The notes beneath the pieces were generated by a model. It worked only from the letters and a program-made list of their open reading frames with translations. It was not told the DNA's origin and ran no database searches. Made by a program: the position numbers and the translations under genes. Below are positions 37,191 through 46,843 of a stretch of 64,000 bases of DNA, one piece after another (within the stretch, counting starts at the first letter, position 1; every line of letters starts with the position of its first letter). This DNA comes from a virus: positions 32,001 through 96,000 of IMG/VR virus record IMGVR_UViG_3300042397_001782; one strand, 5' to 3'.

Positions 37191-39701
37191 ATGGTAATAA
37201 ACGATAGTTTAACCGCACAATTCTTAAACATGCCTGGAAGTGATAGGCTAAGTTATAAGAAAAAAATAGCTGATAACTATGCCTGGGCAAGGCAAAGAAT
37301 GGATTACCTATGCAATCAATACAACTATTATAACGAGAGAAAAGAAAAATTCAAGATAAACTACGAACTATATAACGGTAGAATGGATTTTACCAGTTAT
37401 ATAAATACAGGGAATATAATTGAGAATGAATTAGGAATGGATATTCCAGAAATAGAAATCAATCAAAGTGATTTTATACATTTTCCTATATTACAAAACG
37501 TATTACACGATCTAGAAGGAGAGGAGATAAAAAGACCTTTTAATCTTAGAGTGGTTAGTACAAACTCTACAAGTGAGTCAGTTAGACAAAGAAAGCGTAG
37601 AGAGCTTTTAATTGAGAATACTTCTAAGATTGTAAGACAAGAATTGCTTTTAAAAGCAAAGGCAGTTAATCAAAAAAGACTAGAAGAAATAAAAGCCCAG
37701 ATGGACCCTTCAATGGACCCTCAGTATTTAGAAAAGCTACAAGAAATTACTGCTAATCTAGATGCACAGCTTGAGGAAACCATTAATAAAATGACTCCAG
37801 TGGAGGTAGAAACTTACATGGCTAAAGGCTTTAGATTACCTGAAGAGAAGCTTACCGATGAGCTATTACAATACCATATTCGTACAGATAGAATTAAAAA
37901 AGTTTTTGATAAAGGCTGGAAAGATGTAATTATTACAGGAGAAGAAGTATATTGGACAGGAGAGTTAAATGGTAGACCTACTATCAGAGCTTGTAATCCC
38001 CTGTATTTTAACTATGCTAAGTCAAAAGATGTTGACTTCTTGGATGAAGCAGACTGGTGTACTTACGATGAGTATCTATCTATTTACGAGATATATCAAA
38101 AATTTGGTAATATAATTACCGAAGAAGAAAGAGAAGTTTTTGACAAATATGAGTCTACATTAAACTCTCCTTCAGATTCTAAGGTGTGGGAAATTATTCC
38201 TAACGCTATTATGAATCCTACAGATTCCGAAGCTACTCCTAGCTGGGTAGACCCTTGGGAAGATAATTACAGTGATAATTTTAAAATTAGAAGACTTAGA
38301 GTAACGCATGTTGTTTGGAAGTCTTTGAAAAAAATTAAATATATCTTTAGGTTAAATGAAAATGGCACCCTAGAAAAAACTATTGCGGATGAAACTTATG
38401 TTTTTAACAAAGAAACAGATGTTAAGCAAGAAATTTTATGGATACCTGAATTTTGGCATGGATATAAAATATTCACCAATCCAAAGATTTATATAAAAGT
38501 TGAACCTATTCCTAATCAATATAGAGACGTTGACAACCCTTTTCAAATTAGAGGCCCTTATACAGGCTCTGTTTATTCGGCAAGAAACTCCGCCCCTATA
38601 GCAATTGCTGACTTAGGAAAACCTTGGCAGTTCTTGTACAATGTAGTTATCAATCAAATTATTGAATTGATGAAGACAGATATAGGTAATGTATTGCTAG
38701 GATTACAAGAACAAATTCCAAAGGAAATGACTCCTACACAGTGGATGACTTATATTAAGAAATTCAAGGTGGCTTTAATTAGTGCTTCTAAAGAAGGAGA
38801 TTTAAGAAATATGGGAATAGATCCTAACTATTGGAAATCTATCAACCTATCTCACGCACAAGAAATAAATCAAAAAATACAACTATTAGAATATATTGAG
38901 AAAAAAATGGCACAGTCTATGAGCTATAACCCTGGTAGACTAGGACAGCAATCTCCTTATGAGTCTATAGGCAATAACCAACAAAGTATTATACAATCCT
39001 CTAATCAAACGGAGAAATGGTTCTACATGCATAATTATGTAAAAGAAAGAACCGTTGAGAACTATATTGAAATATGTAAAGTAATCTATAAGGAAAACCC
39101 ATTAAAGGCTTCTTATATTCTTTCAGATTTAAGTATAGCTACTTTGAATACAGAGGTGGCAGATTTTGCAAATTATAACTATAAAGTATTCATTACAAAT
39201 ACATTAAGAGATACAGAGATTATTAGTCAATTGAAAACCTTAATTCAACCTATTATCCAAAATAGTGGAGGAGATTTAAGAGTGGCTACAGAAATTCTCA
39301 CTACAGAGAATGCTACAGAAGTTAAAAATATCATTGCTAGGATTCAGGAGCAAAAAGAAGCTAAAGAAGAGCAAATGCAAAAATCTCAACAAGAGCAACA
39401 AATGCAAATGCAACAAATGCAGATTCAAGCTAAACAAGAAGAAATGAAAATGCAGAAACAAATAGCTGATGATAGAAACGCTGTAACATTAAAGGCTGCG
39501 GAGTTGAATGCTCAGAGATTAGAAAGAGCAAACGATATTGACCAAGATGGAACAAACGACTTGATTCAATTGCAGATGGAAAAAAATGAAAATGAGTCAA
39601 GCGTAGAGCTCAATGATGCCAAGATAGCACAGATACAACTTCAGAATAAAAAAATTGAAACTGAAATTCAACTAATGAAAAAAAAGGGTAAAAAGGAGTA
39701 A
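37191..39701 (+). CDS. Portal protein (crAss-like)
   Basis: Follows TerL; NYELYNG, L.GEE.KRP, Q-rich coiled C-terminus, DIDQDG; TAnnTTTG at 37163-37170. Confidence 0.88.
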   Translation: MVINDSLTAQFLNMPGSDRLSYKKKIADNYAWARQRMDYLCNQYNYYNERKEKFKINYELYNGRMDFTSYINTGNIIENELGMDIPEIEINQSDFIHFPILQNVLHDLEGEEIKRPFNLRVVSTNSTSESVRQRKRRELLIENTSKIVRQELLLKAKAVNQKRLEEIKAQMDPSMDPQYLEKLQEITANLDAQLEETINKMTPVEVETYMAKGFRLPEEKLTDELLQYHIRTDRIKKVFDKGWKDVIITGEEVYWTGELNGRPTIRACNPLYFNYAKSKDVDFLDEADWCTYDEYLSIYEIYQKFGNIITEEEREVFDKYESTLNSPSDSKVWEIIPNAIMNPTDSEATPSWVDPWEDNYSDNFKIRRLRVTHVVWKSLKKIKYIFRLNENGTLEKTIADETYVFNKETDVKQEILWIPEFWHGYKIFTNPKIYIKVEPIPNQYRDVDNPFQIRGPYTGSVYSARNSAPIAIADLGKPWQFLYNVVINQIIELMKTDIGNVLLGLQEQIPKEMTPTQWMTYIKKFKVALISASKEGDLRNMGIDPNYWKSINLSHAQEINQKIQLLEYIEKKMAQSMSYNPGRLGQQSPYESIGNNQQSIIQSSNQTEKWFYMHNYVKERTVENYIEICKVIYKENPLKASYILSDLSIATLNTEVADFANYNYKVFITNTLRDTEIISQLKTLIQPIIQNSGGDLRVATEILTTENATEVKNIIARIQEQKEAKEEQMQKSQQEQQMQMQQMQIQAKQEEMKMQKQIADDRNAVTLKAAELNAQRLERANDIDQDGTNDLIQLQMEKNENESSVELNDAKIAQIQLQNKKIETEIQLMKKKGKKE

Positions 39702-39829
39702 ACCCTTATAAACACTGGGCTCATTAATGAATTTTTTTATTCTAAGAAAAAAATAATTTATAAAAAAATAATTTTTTTTCAATTTTGCAGTACAAAACAA
39801 TTATTTCACACACACATAAACAAACAAAC

Positions 39830-40972
39830 ATGCAAGATAACAATTTAGATTTTGAAATTATAGAATTCAATGAAGATCTTTTAAATGATAATAATTTATC
39901 AGATAAAATAGAATCTATAAACGAAACGGAACAAACAGAGGAGGAAGAAGAAGATGAGGATAACGATTCTTCTTTAGTTAATGCTGATTTAGTAGATGAA
40001 GACAATATTGATGACCTTGACCTCAATGACGAAGAAAAGGAAGCAATATTAAATAAGAAGAAAGAAAGCTCCTCTTCTCAAAAAGAAGAAGAAGAAGAAG
40101 AGTCTTCAGAAAATGAGGAAGAAAATTCAGAAGTAGATCCTTTAAAAATATTCGCTTCAGAATTACAGGAAAAAAACCTTTTAAATCTTCCAGAAGATTG
40201 GGATGGATCAGAAGAAGCTTTATTTGAAGCTTATGAAGCCACTTTAGATGAAAGGGCTTTAAATTTAATAAAGAGTTCTTATAAAATAAATGACCCTAGA
40301 GTAGACGGTGTTCTTAATTTTTTAAAGAATGGGGGAAATATTGATGATTATGTCAATTTACACGCAGAAACAAATTGGGTGGATGTAGACATTGAAGATG
40401 AAGATAATGCTACAGCTCTTGTAAAAACATATTTAACTTCGGTTAAAAATTTAGAAGAAGAAGAGGCAGAATCGTTATTGGATGGGTATAAAGAAAAAGG
40501 AAAGCTATTTAGTCAAGCTAGTAAAATTCAAGCTGATTTAAAAGTTTTCAGAGAAAAACAAGAAGACGATCTTATAAAATCTCAACAAGAATATGCTCGT
40601 ATACAAAGAGAAGAATACATTAAGAGTGTAAATAAAATAAGAGAAACTATTCAAAGCGGCAAAAGTAATAATGTAGTTATTGCTAAAAACCAAAAAAGTA
40701 ATTTTGAAGATTTTATTTTTTCACCTCAAGAGATAAGAAACGCTAGAGGAGAAGTTGTAGGAAGAGCTACAGGCTTCAAACAAAAATTAAATGAGTATCT
40801 TTCTGACCCTGAAAAAATGGTAGCATTAGCTTACAAAATATTTGAAGGATTGTCAGATAAGTCAGATAAAGTTGAAGTGGCAAGTAAAGAAAAAAGTAAG
40901 TTGGCAGAAAGTTTAAGAAGAGCTTCTGGAAAAACAAAGCCAAACACAATTAAATTAGAATTCATAAATTAA
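39830..40972 (+). CDS. Acidic scaffold-like protein
   Basis: Very acidic N-terminus; between portal and MCP; start MQDNN at 39830. Confidence 0.7.
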   Translation: MQDNNLDFEIIEFNEDLLNDNNLSDKIESINETEQTEEEEEDEDNDSSLVNADLVDEDNIDDLDLNDEEKEAILNKKKESSSSQKEEEEEESSENEEENSEVDPLKIFASELQEKNLLNLPEDWDGSEEALFEAYEATLDERALNLIKSSYKINDPRVDGVLNFLKNGGNIDDYVNLHAETNWVDVDIEDEDNATALVKTYLTSVKNLEEEEAESLLDGYKEKGKLFSQASKIQADLKVFREKQEDDLIKSQQEYARIQREEYIKSVNKIRETIQSGKSNNVVIAKNQKSNFEDFIFSPQEIRNARGEVVGRATGFKQKLNEYLSDPEKMVALAYKIFEGLSDKSDKVEVASKEKSKLAESLRRASGKTKPNTIKLEFIN

Positions 40973-40997
40973 ATATAAAAAATTAAATTAAATTAAC

Positions 40998-42575
40998 ATG
41001 AAATTATCACAAAGTAAATTCGGTATTATAAAGGCCCCTACGATTACAGGCGATCGTAACTGGGGTATGAACTATACCAACTTAAACAATCTATATGCTG
41101 CAGGTTTGATTAAAACAGACGTAGACGCATTAGGTGGTATGGGTCAATTAGCCTCTATGAAAACATTGTTTGACGGTACTGCACCACTATTGGAACTTGC
41201 CCAAGGTTCTGACACTATCACTGTTGAAGGTGACAAAGTAGAATGGGAATTCATGGTTTCAGGATACAGACCCGCTCTTATAGTTGAAGACGTTGAAGCA
41301 GGAAACCTTACAAAAGGTATTGCTCAAAGAGAGTTTAAAATTAAACTTGACATTGGAACATTTGTAGAAGGTGATACACTAGTATTCACTGACAGCAAAA
41401 AATTCAACATGCGTGTAAGTAAAGCTCCTGTTAAAGAAGGATCTTTTACAGTTTACACAGTTAAATTGATGACTGACAGCCCAAGCTTGTTTGTTGACAA
41501 TAGTTTGTTCACTCCAGGAACAAGAGTGATGAAAATGCACTCCACTTATTCTGAGGCATCTGTAAAAGGTGGTTCAATGAGTGTTGATGCTATCGGTAAA
41601 ATTAAATTCCGTTCTGGATTGACAAGATTTAGAAAACAATATGCAATGACAGGAGATGCTGCTCAAAGAAAATTGAACGGTAACTTGTCTGAGGCAGATT
41701 TGTTAATCTTAGCAGGAAGAAAAGCAGGTGAGAGCCAACAAGCTTTCCAAACAAGAATTGCTAACGCATTGAGCAAAAAAAATACAGGTAACATGTATAT
41801 CACTTCCGTTGCTGAGGTTAAATTCAACAAAGAATTTGAAATGGAAAAAGAACTTCACTTGATGTATCAAAGAAGTACTTCTACAGTTATTGACGAGTCT
41901 ACAGGATACTTTGTAAACCAAGGTCCAGGTCTTCAAGAGATTTTGGAAGATGGATATAGAGAATTCTATAACACTTTCTCTATTGGTCTTATCAAAGACT
42001 TCCTACAAGATATATTCTTCGGTAGAGTTGCTTACGATCAAAGAAATGTTGTAATGTGGACAGGTGAAATAGGACTAAGATTATTTGATGAGGCTATCAA
42101 CCAAATAACTCAAGGTTTCTTCAAAGATATGAAAGATTATTTCATCAAAACAGATGGTGCTTCATTGGTACCAGGTGGACCAACAGGATTGTCTTACACT
42201 GAAACTCCATATACTCAATACAAATTGAAATTTGGTGGTTCATTGACAGTTATGCACATGAAAGCTTATGATGATGTAACTTTCAACACTATCCTAGATG
42301 AGAATGGTTATCCAGCAGAGTCTTCAAGATTTACATTCGTTAACTACGGATTAGGTGATGGTTTTGGTAAAAACATTTCCTACTTGAAATCTAAGAGAGA
42401 TGTAGCTTACGGTTACGAAGGTGGATTGTCAAGTCCTTACGGTAATAACCAAGGAGGATTGATGTCTCACTCAGGTGACTTCTGGACAGTACATAGAATG
42501 GAATACGCAGGTATCTTGGTAAAAGATGTTACAAAATGCGGTGAGTTGATTCCAGCAGCATTAAGAGGAAAATAA
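40998..42575 (+). CDS. Major capsid protein (crAss-like)
   Basis: Synteny, strongly biased codon usage, G.GL.E.LE, TGE.G...FD motifs; terminator follows. Confidence 0.85.
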   Translation: MKLSQSKFGIIKAPTITGDRNWGMNYTNLNNLYAAGLIKTDVDALGGMGQLASMKTLFDGTAPLLELAQGSDTITVEGDKVEWEFMVSGYRPALIVEDVEAGNLTKGIAQREFKIKLDIGTFVEGDTLVFTDSKKFNMRVSKAPVKEGSFTVYTVKLMTDSPSLFVDNSLFTPGTRVMKMHSTYSEASVKGGSMSVDAIGKIKFRSGLTRFRKQYAMTGDAAQRKLNGNLSEADLLILAGRKAGESQQAFQTRIANALSKKNTGNMYITSVAEVKFNKEFEMEKELHLMYQRSTSTVIDESTGYFVNQGPGLQEILEDGYREFYNTFSIGLIKDFLQDIFFGRVAYDQRNVVMWTGEIGLRLFDEAINQITQGFFKDMKDYFIKTDGASLVPGGPTGLSYTETPYTQYKLKFGGSLTVMHMKAYDDVTFNTILDENGYPAESSRFTFVNYGLGDGFGKNISYLKSKRDVAYGYEGGLSSPYGNNQGGLMSHSGDFWTVHRMEYAGILVKDVTKCGELIPAALRGK

Positions 42576-42591
42576 AACTTCAATAGGCTTT

Positions 42592-42622
42592 AGGGTATGA
42601 GCCATCTAATCATACCCTTTTT
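42592..42622 (+). terminator. Rho-independent terminator
   Basis: AGGGTATGA-gccatctaa-TCATACCCT followed by a T-run. Confidence 0.7.
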
Positions 42623-42624
42623 AT

Positions 42625-42695
42625 AGCAGGAGGGAGGTATGGATCTCTCTGGTCTCATAAACCAGTTTAACCAGTTCGAGTCTGAGTCGTTGCTA
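42625..42695 (+). tRNA. Degenerate tRNA-Met/Ile2 (CAT)-like element
   Basis: D arm GGAG/CTCT, perfect anticodon arm CTGGT-CTCATAA-ACCAG, T loop TTCGAGT; acceptor and T stems imperfect; ends ACTA, not ACCA. Confidence 0.65.
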
Positions 42696-42725
42696 CTATT
42701 TTTTAATCACACAAACAACAAAACA

Positions 42726-43637
42726 ATGAGTACATTATTAAACAAGAAGGTAAAAATTTACCCTAACATTAAAAAAAATAAGCATTGGCAAGTAAATATT
42801 GACCCTGCTTATAGACAAGCTTCTGAAAGCTATGCATTTTTGGCTAATGCTAACACCATTAGACCTCAATTTGATGAGAATGCTTACAGATACAATCTAG
42901 GTCCTATCAATGATAGATACACTGATGAACAAATAAATGAATTAGTAAGAAAACTTGCATTAAATGATGAGTATACTAATCAAAAAATAACTTCAGCAGA
43001 TCCTTCTAATAGAAAAGACCCTTTCTTTACACATAGTAAGTGTAGAGCTAAATTAGGAAGAGATATTCAAACTCTTGACCTAAATAAACCGACAGAAGAA
43101 TTGATTTATGCAATCATGTCGGCAGATTCAATGACAGTGGTGGGAGAGACTTCTCTATCTAAACACCCAGCCGCAGAGTGGATTATTGAAGATGAAATAG
43201 CAGATGCTACTGTGAGAGAGTCTAAGCGTGAAAAAACAAGTAAATTACACGAAAGATACAATAAACTCACACTATCTCAAAAGAGAGACATGAGTACCGC
43301 TTTAGGTATTAAATTGACAGGAGATGAGAAAGAAGTGATTATAGAAGACTTGTTGTATTCTAAAATTACAGAAAACAGTAATAAAGAAACTTTGACAGCT
43401 ATACAAGATTTATTTATTGAGCTATCAGATTCTAAAAATAAAGCAAAATTGGAAGTTACTATCAATGTTGAGAAAATGTACCAATATGCAGTGTTAAGAA
43501 AAGAAAATATAAAAGTATTTTTTAACGGAGAGCAACTTCAAACAGATACTATAAATATTATTGATTTCTTACAAAAACCAGAAAATTCTTCACTATATTT
43601 AAGCCTAGAAGAGGCTTTAAAAGCTAAGATGAAATAA
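42726..43637 (+). CDS. Conserved virion-module protein after the MCP
   Basis: Start MSTLLNKK at 42726; the upstream extension in the ORF track overlaps the tRNA-like element. Confidence 0.7.
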   Translation: MSTLLNKKVKIYPNIKKNKHWQVNIDPAYRQASESYAFLANANTIRPQFDENAYRYNLGPINDRYTDEQINELVRKLALNDEYTNQKITSADPSNRKDPFFTHSKCRAKLGRDIQTLDLNKPTEELIYAIMSADSMTVVGETSLSKHPAAEWIIEDEIADATVRESKREKTSKLHERYNKLTLSQKRDMSTALGIKLTGDEKEVIIEDLLYSKITENSNKETLTAIQDLFIELSDSKNKAKLEVTINVEKMYQYAVLRKENIKVFFNGEQLQTDTINIIDFLQKPENSSLYLSLEEALKAKMK

Positions 43638-44341
43638 TGTTTTCAATAAAAGAAGCCCATTATAAATTTAAACAACATGCAAACAAGGTAGATGGGTTAA
43701 GAAACGCTAACTTTCTTATACCTCAGATAGACGAATACCTTTTTGAAGCTTACATAATTTATATTGAAAACATTTGTGAGCAATTAGAGATAAACCAAAA
43801 AAGAAGAGATGACATAAGGGAGCTAGAAATTAAAAATTTTCTACTCCCAGTCACTAAGATTAACGATGACTATTACACTGCAGATTTACCCGCAGATTAC
43901 TATAGATATTTAGAGTCTTATTCTGTATGTTTTACAGATAAATGTCCAAAGAAAAGTATTAAGAATTTTTTCATACAAAAGGATGATATTTATACAAATG
44001 ATCCTATGTTTAATTCTTCCTATGTTTTTGAAAGAGTTAACATGGATATGTCAGGCAATAAGTTATACTTATACTATGAAGGATTTGATATAGACAAAGT
44101 TTTTCTTTCTTATATTAGAAAACCTTTAAGGCCAGGAAATCCACAAGACTTTTTAAATGGAGGGGGCACTTATAACTTACCTAATGGAACTCCTGCAGTT
44201 CAAAGAGATATAGAAATCAACTCAACTTTCCAAGCAAACAAAATTATAGATATTGCAGTATTAATAGCAATGAGAGATATAGGCAATACTATAGATTTTG
44301 AGTCACAATTAAATAAAATTTTAAACATATCAAAAATTTAA
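43637..44341 (+). CDS. Head-tail connector/ring-like protein
   Basis: NKVD...IDEYL..A, LPADY, YIRKP, IIDIAV; crAss-like synteny. Confidence 0.6.
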   Translation: MFSIKEAHYKFKQHANKVDGLRNANFLIPQIDEYLFEAYIIYIENICEQLEINQKRRDDIRELEIKNFLLPVTKINDDYYTADLPADYYRYLESYSVCFTDKCPKKSIKNFFIQKDDIYTNDPMFNSSYVFERVNMDMSGNKLYLYYEGFDIDKVFLSYIRKPLRPGNPQDFLNGGGTYNLPNGTPAVQRDIEINSTFQANKIIDIAVLIAMRDIGNTIDFESQLNKILNISKI

Positions 44342-44363
44342 TAAACCTTAAATAAATTTAAAA

Positions 44364-45539
44364 ATGAGATCAAGAATTCAAAAACAAATTTTCCTTCCAA
44401 CTGCCGCAGTATCAGGTAGTGCAACAGGATACGGTATTGTCCCAACGGGTACTGCATTTTACAATGCTACCACTAAGCAATACTTATTAAGACCAGGTCA
44501 AATCGGATTTTACAATGCCGAGACCAACACAGCAGTAAATGCTACTACTATCGTAGGAGTAAAATCTATTTTTATTGCAATTGGTGTAGATAAAACTGCA
44601 TCTAAATTAACTTCTGACAGTGTAAGATTAGCTTCAGGTGAGACTATTACATCTTGTTCAATTGATGATGCAAGTGTAAAAGCTCCTCAAGAGGGTGAGT
44701 CTAACAAAGCTAAGTTTAACTTCTCTTGTACAGATTGTTCACAAAACTATTCTATTGGAATCAGAATTAACGATCCTACATTGAACTTTTTCTACCCAGA
44801 AAACAGATACCATGTAGAATTGATTTCTGTTCAATCAGAAGAATGTCCTTCTTGCGATGGTGATTGTGACTACACTCATGATTGTGAAGAAGTTGCATTG
44901 AAATTGAAAGCAGAAATTGAAGCAAACGAGTTGTTGTCTAAATATGTAGATACAGTAAGAACTTCTGCAGACCCAGTTAGTCCAATAACTCCAGCAGCAG
45001 GTTTCTCTTGTGCAATCGAAATTACTTTCAAAGTAAACACTGCAGAGTGTGTATGTTTCCCTCCATCAGAGGCTATCATTGATAGATATACTATCGGTTC
45101 TATTCAAGTTATCTTAGGTTCAGCTTGGGCTCCAAATTCTACAAGTGTTTCTGTAGACAATACAGGAATGCAATTGCCAGAAGGTCATGGTGCTAAGTTG
45201 CAATGGGAAGAGTATCATGAAATGCCAGGTGGTACAGGTTTCGATGGTTTGAACAATGAAGTTGAAACTACAGGAGCTCCTTACTATGCTCAATTAAATG
45301 TATCAAGAACTAAAAACTTACTAGTAGATTGTAATGAAACATATTGCCAATATGTGTTAGGATACCATACAGTTTCTCCAAATGAGAATGCAAATGGTAT
45401 GAATTGGAATCCAAACTTTATCACAACTATCTTAGTACCAGAAGCTCATAGCACTACTCAAACAGCAGTGGAAGCTACTTTGAATGCTTTTGTTACAACA
45501 GGACCTTGTGGTAAGACAATTGAACTTGAGTGTCTATAA
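44364..45539 (+). CDS. Abundant structural protein (auxiliary capsid or tail)
   Basis: Codon bias like the MCP; Cys-rich; followed by a terminator. Confidence 0.6.
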   Translation: MRSRIQKQIFLPTAAVSGSATGYGIVPTGTAFYNATTKQYLLRPGQIGFYNAETNTAVNATTIVGVKSIFIAIGVDKTASKLTSDSVRLASGETITSCSIDDASVKAPQEGESNKAKFNFSCTDCSQNYSIGIRINDPTLNFFYPENRYHVELISVQSEECPSCDGDCDYTHDCEEVALKLKAEIEANELLSKYVDTVRTSADPVSPITPAAGFSCAIEITFKVNTAECVCFPPSEAIIDRYTIGSIQVILGSAWAPNSTSVSVDNTGMQLPEGHGAKLQWEEYHEMPGGTGFDGLNNEVETTGAPYYAQLNVSRTKNLLVDCNETYCQYVLGYHTVSPNENANGMNWNPNFITTILVPEAHSTTQTAVEATLNAFVTTGPCGKTIELECL

Positions 45540-45593
45540 GACATTCTACAAAAAAAGAATATTATTAATTAATATATTGTTTTGTGTGTGGAG

Positions 45594-45629
45594 TAGGTGG
45601 TAGAGGAAACTTTGCCGCCTATTTTTTTT
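45594..45629 (+). terminator. Rho-independent terminator
   Basis: TAGGTGGTAGAG-gaaa-CTTTGCCGCCTA followed by T8. Confidence 0.85.
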
Positions 45630-45701
45630 ATACATATAACATAAATTTTATAATATAAAAATTAATACTTATTTTTGTTTATTATTATTAAAAATAAATA
45701 C

Positions 45702-46151
45702 ATGAAAAACACTTTAATTCTTTCAGAGGCGATTTATAAAGGCAAAATAAAACAAGTCAATCAAGATTCCTTTGTAAATATGACAGATATTGTCAATGAG
45801 ATTTTTGCTTGTTTTAACATTCCTTGTTGTGAAAACCAATCAGATTTTTTTATTAGAAAAGCCTACTTATTAAAAGGAAGAAAAAAACCAGGAGCTAACT
45901 GGACTTCCCTTAACAAAATAGTAATGGATATTTATAATTGTGAATTCACAGAAACCTTCTGCCCTGGATTAAGAAGTGAACAGTGGTGGATTACCACTGA
46001 TGTCATAAGACCTGCAAAAACTGTTGAAACTATTAGCTTTACAGGAGTAATTAAAAAAGTTTTTGCATGTTGCAATTTATTAACAAATATTGTTACTCAA
46101 AATTCAAATTGTTTATTATCTCAAAATGGTCAATATATTGTAACTCAATAA
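45702..46151 (+). CDS. Cys-rich adaptor-domain protein (paralog of the 48600 and 49820 N-termini)
   Basis: KKPGANW, WWITTDVIRP; TAnnTTTG at 45670-45677. Confidence 0.75.
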   Translation: MKNTLILSEAIYKGKIKQVNQDSFVNMTDIVNEIFACFNIPCCENQSDFFIRKAYLLKGRKKPGANWTSLNKIVMDIYNCEFTETFCPGLRSEQWWITTDVIRPAKTVETISFTGVIKKVFACCNLLTNIVTQNSNCLLSQNGQYIVTQ

Positions 46152-46162
46152 ACTAAAAAAAT

Positions 46163-46813
46163 ATGTCAAGTGTAAAAATAACAGAACTATCAAGTTCAGG
46201 ACCTTTAACAGGTTCAGAAGTATTACCTATTGTGCAAGGTAATCAAACAGTAAAAACAACAGTACAAGAAATAGGTTCATTTACTAGACCTTACAAAGTT
46301 TATACAGCTTTATTGACTCAAAGTGGTGGGGATGACCCGCTATCAATTGATTCAGGTTTATTAACTATTGGAGTAACGTATTATATAAATAATAATTCTT
46401 CCGGAATGGATTTTACAAATGTTGGAGCGCCAAATAATATTGCAGGGGAATCTACATACTTTATTGCAACAGGAACTACTCCTAACTCGTGGGGGGCAGG
46501 AGAAGGAACAGGAAACGGTACTTTAAGCTACAACACAGGAGCTCCCGTAGTAACAGTGTTAGAGAATACTATTGGGAATATTTGGTTTACTTATGATATG
46601 GTTGGAAGATATAATGTAAATTCTGATGGATTATTTACAACAAATAAAACTTATAGTGTGCCTTATGTGTATAGTCCTCTTTCAGATTTACCTAATGGCA
46701 TTTTTATAGAAAATTTAACAGTAAATTATTCACAAATTATTTCTATATATAATGCAGATACAGTAGATAATCAATTATCAAACACCTCAATCGAGATCAG
46801 AGTTTACGAATAA
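46163..46813 (+). CDS. Tail fibre/spike-like protein
   Basis: MSSVKITEL N-terminus; YKVYTALLTQSG...VLENTIG...IEIRVY. Confidence 0.6.
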   Translation: MSSVKITELSSSGPLTGSEVLPIVQGNQTVKTTVQEIGSFTRPYKVYTALLTQSGGDDPLSIDSGLLTIGVTYYINNNSSGMDFTNVGAPNNIAGESTYFIATGTTPNSWGAGEGTGNGTLSYNTGAPVVTVLENTIGNIWFTYDMVGRYNVNSDGLFTTNKTYSVPYVYSPLSDLPNGIFIENLTVNYSQIISIYNADTVDNQLSNTSIEIRVYE

Positions 46814-46843
46814 AAATAAATAAAAGATATTAAATAAATAAAA

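Noticed and set aside
39700-39722. AAACCCTTATAAACACTGGG, resembling the motif near 27890-27910
   Set aside because: The similarity is too short and loose to support a function.
34829-42575. Introns or inteins in TerL, portal or MCP
   Set aside because: The ORFs are continuous and no intein or homing-endonuclease motifs were recognised.
42639-42725. N-terminal extension of the ORF after the MCP
   Set aside because: It overlaps the tRNA-like element; the ATG at 42726 has a typical A-rich leader.
46140-46165. Readthrough fusion of the 45702 and 46163 genes
   Set aside because: The genes are out of frame with an 11-nt gap and no clear slippery site before the stop.
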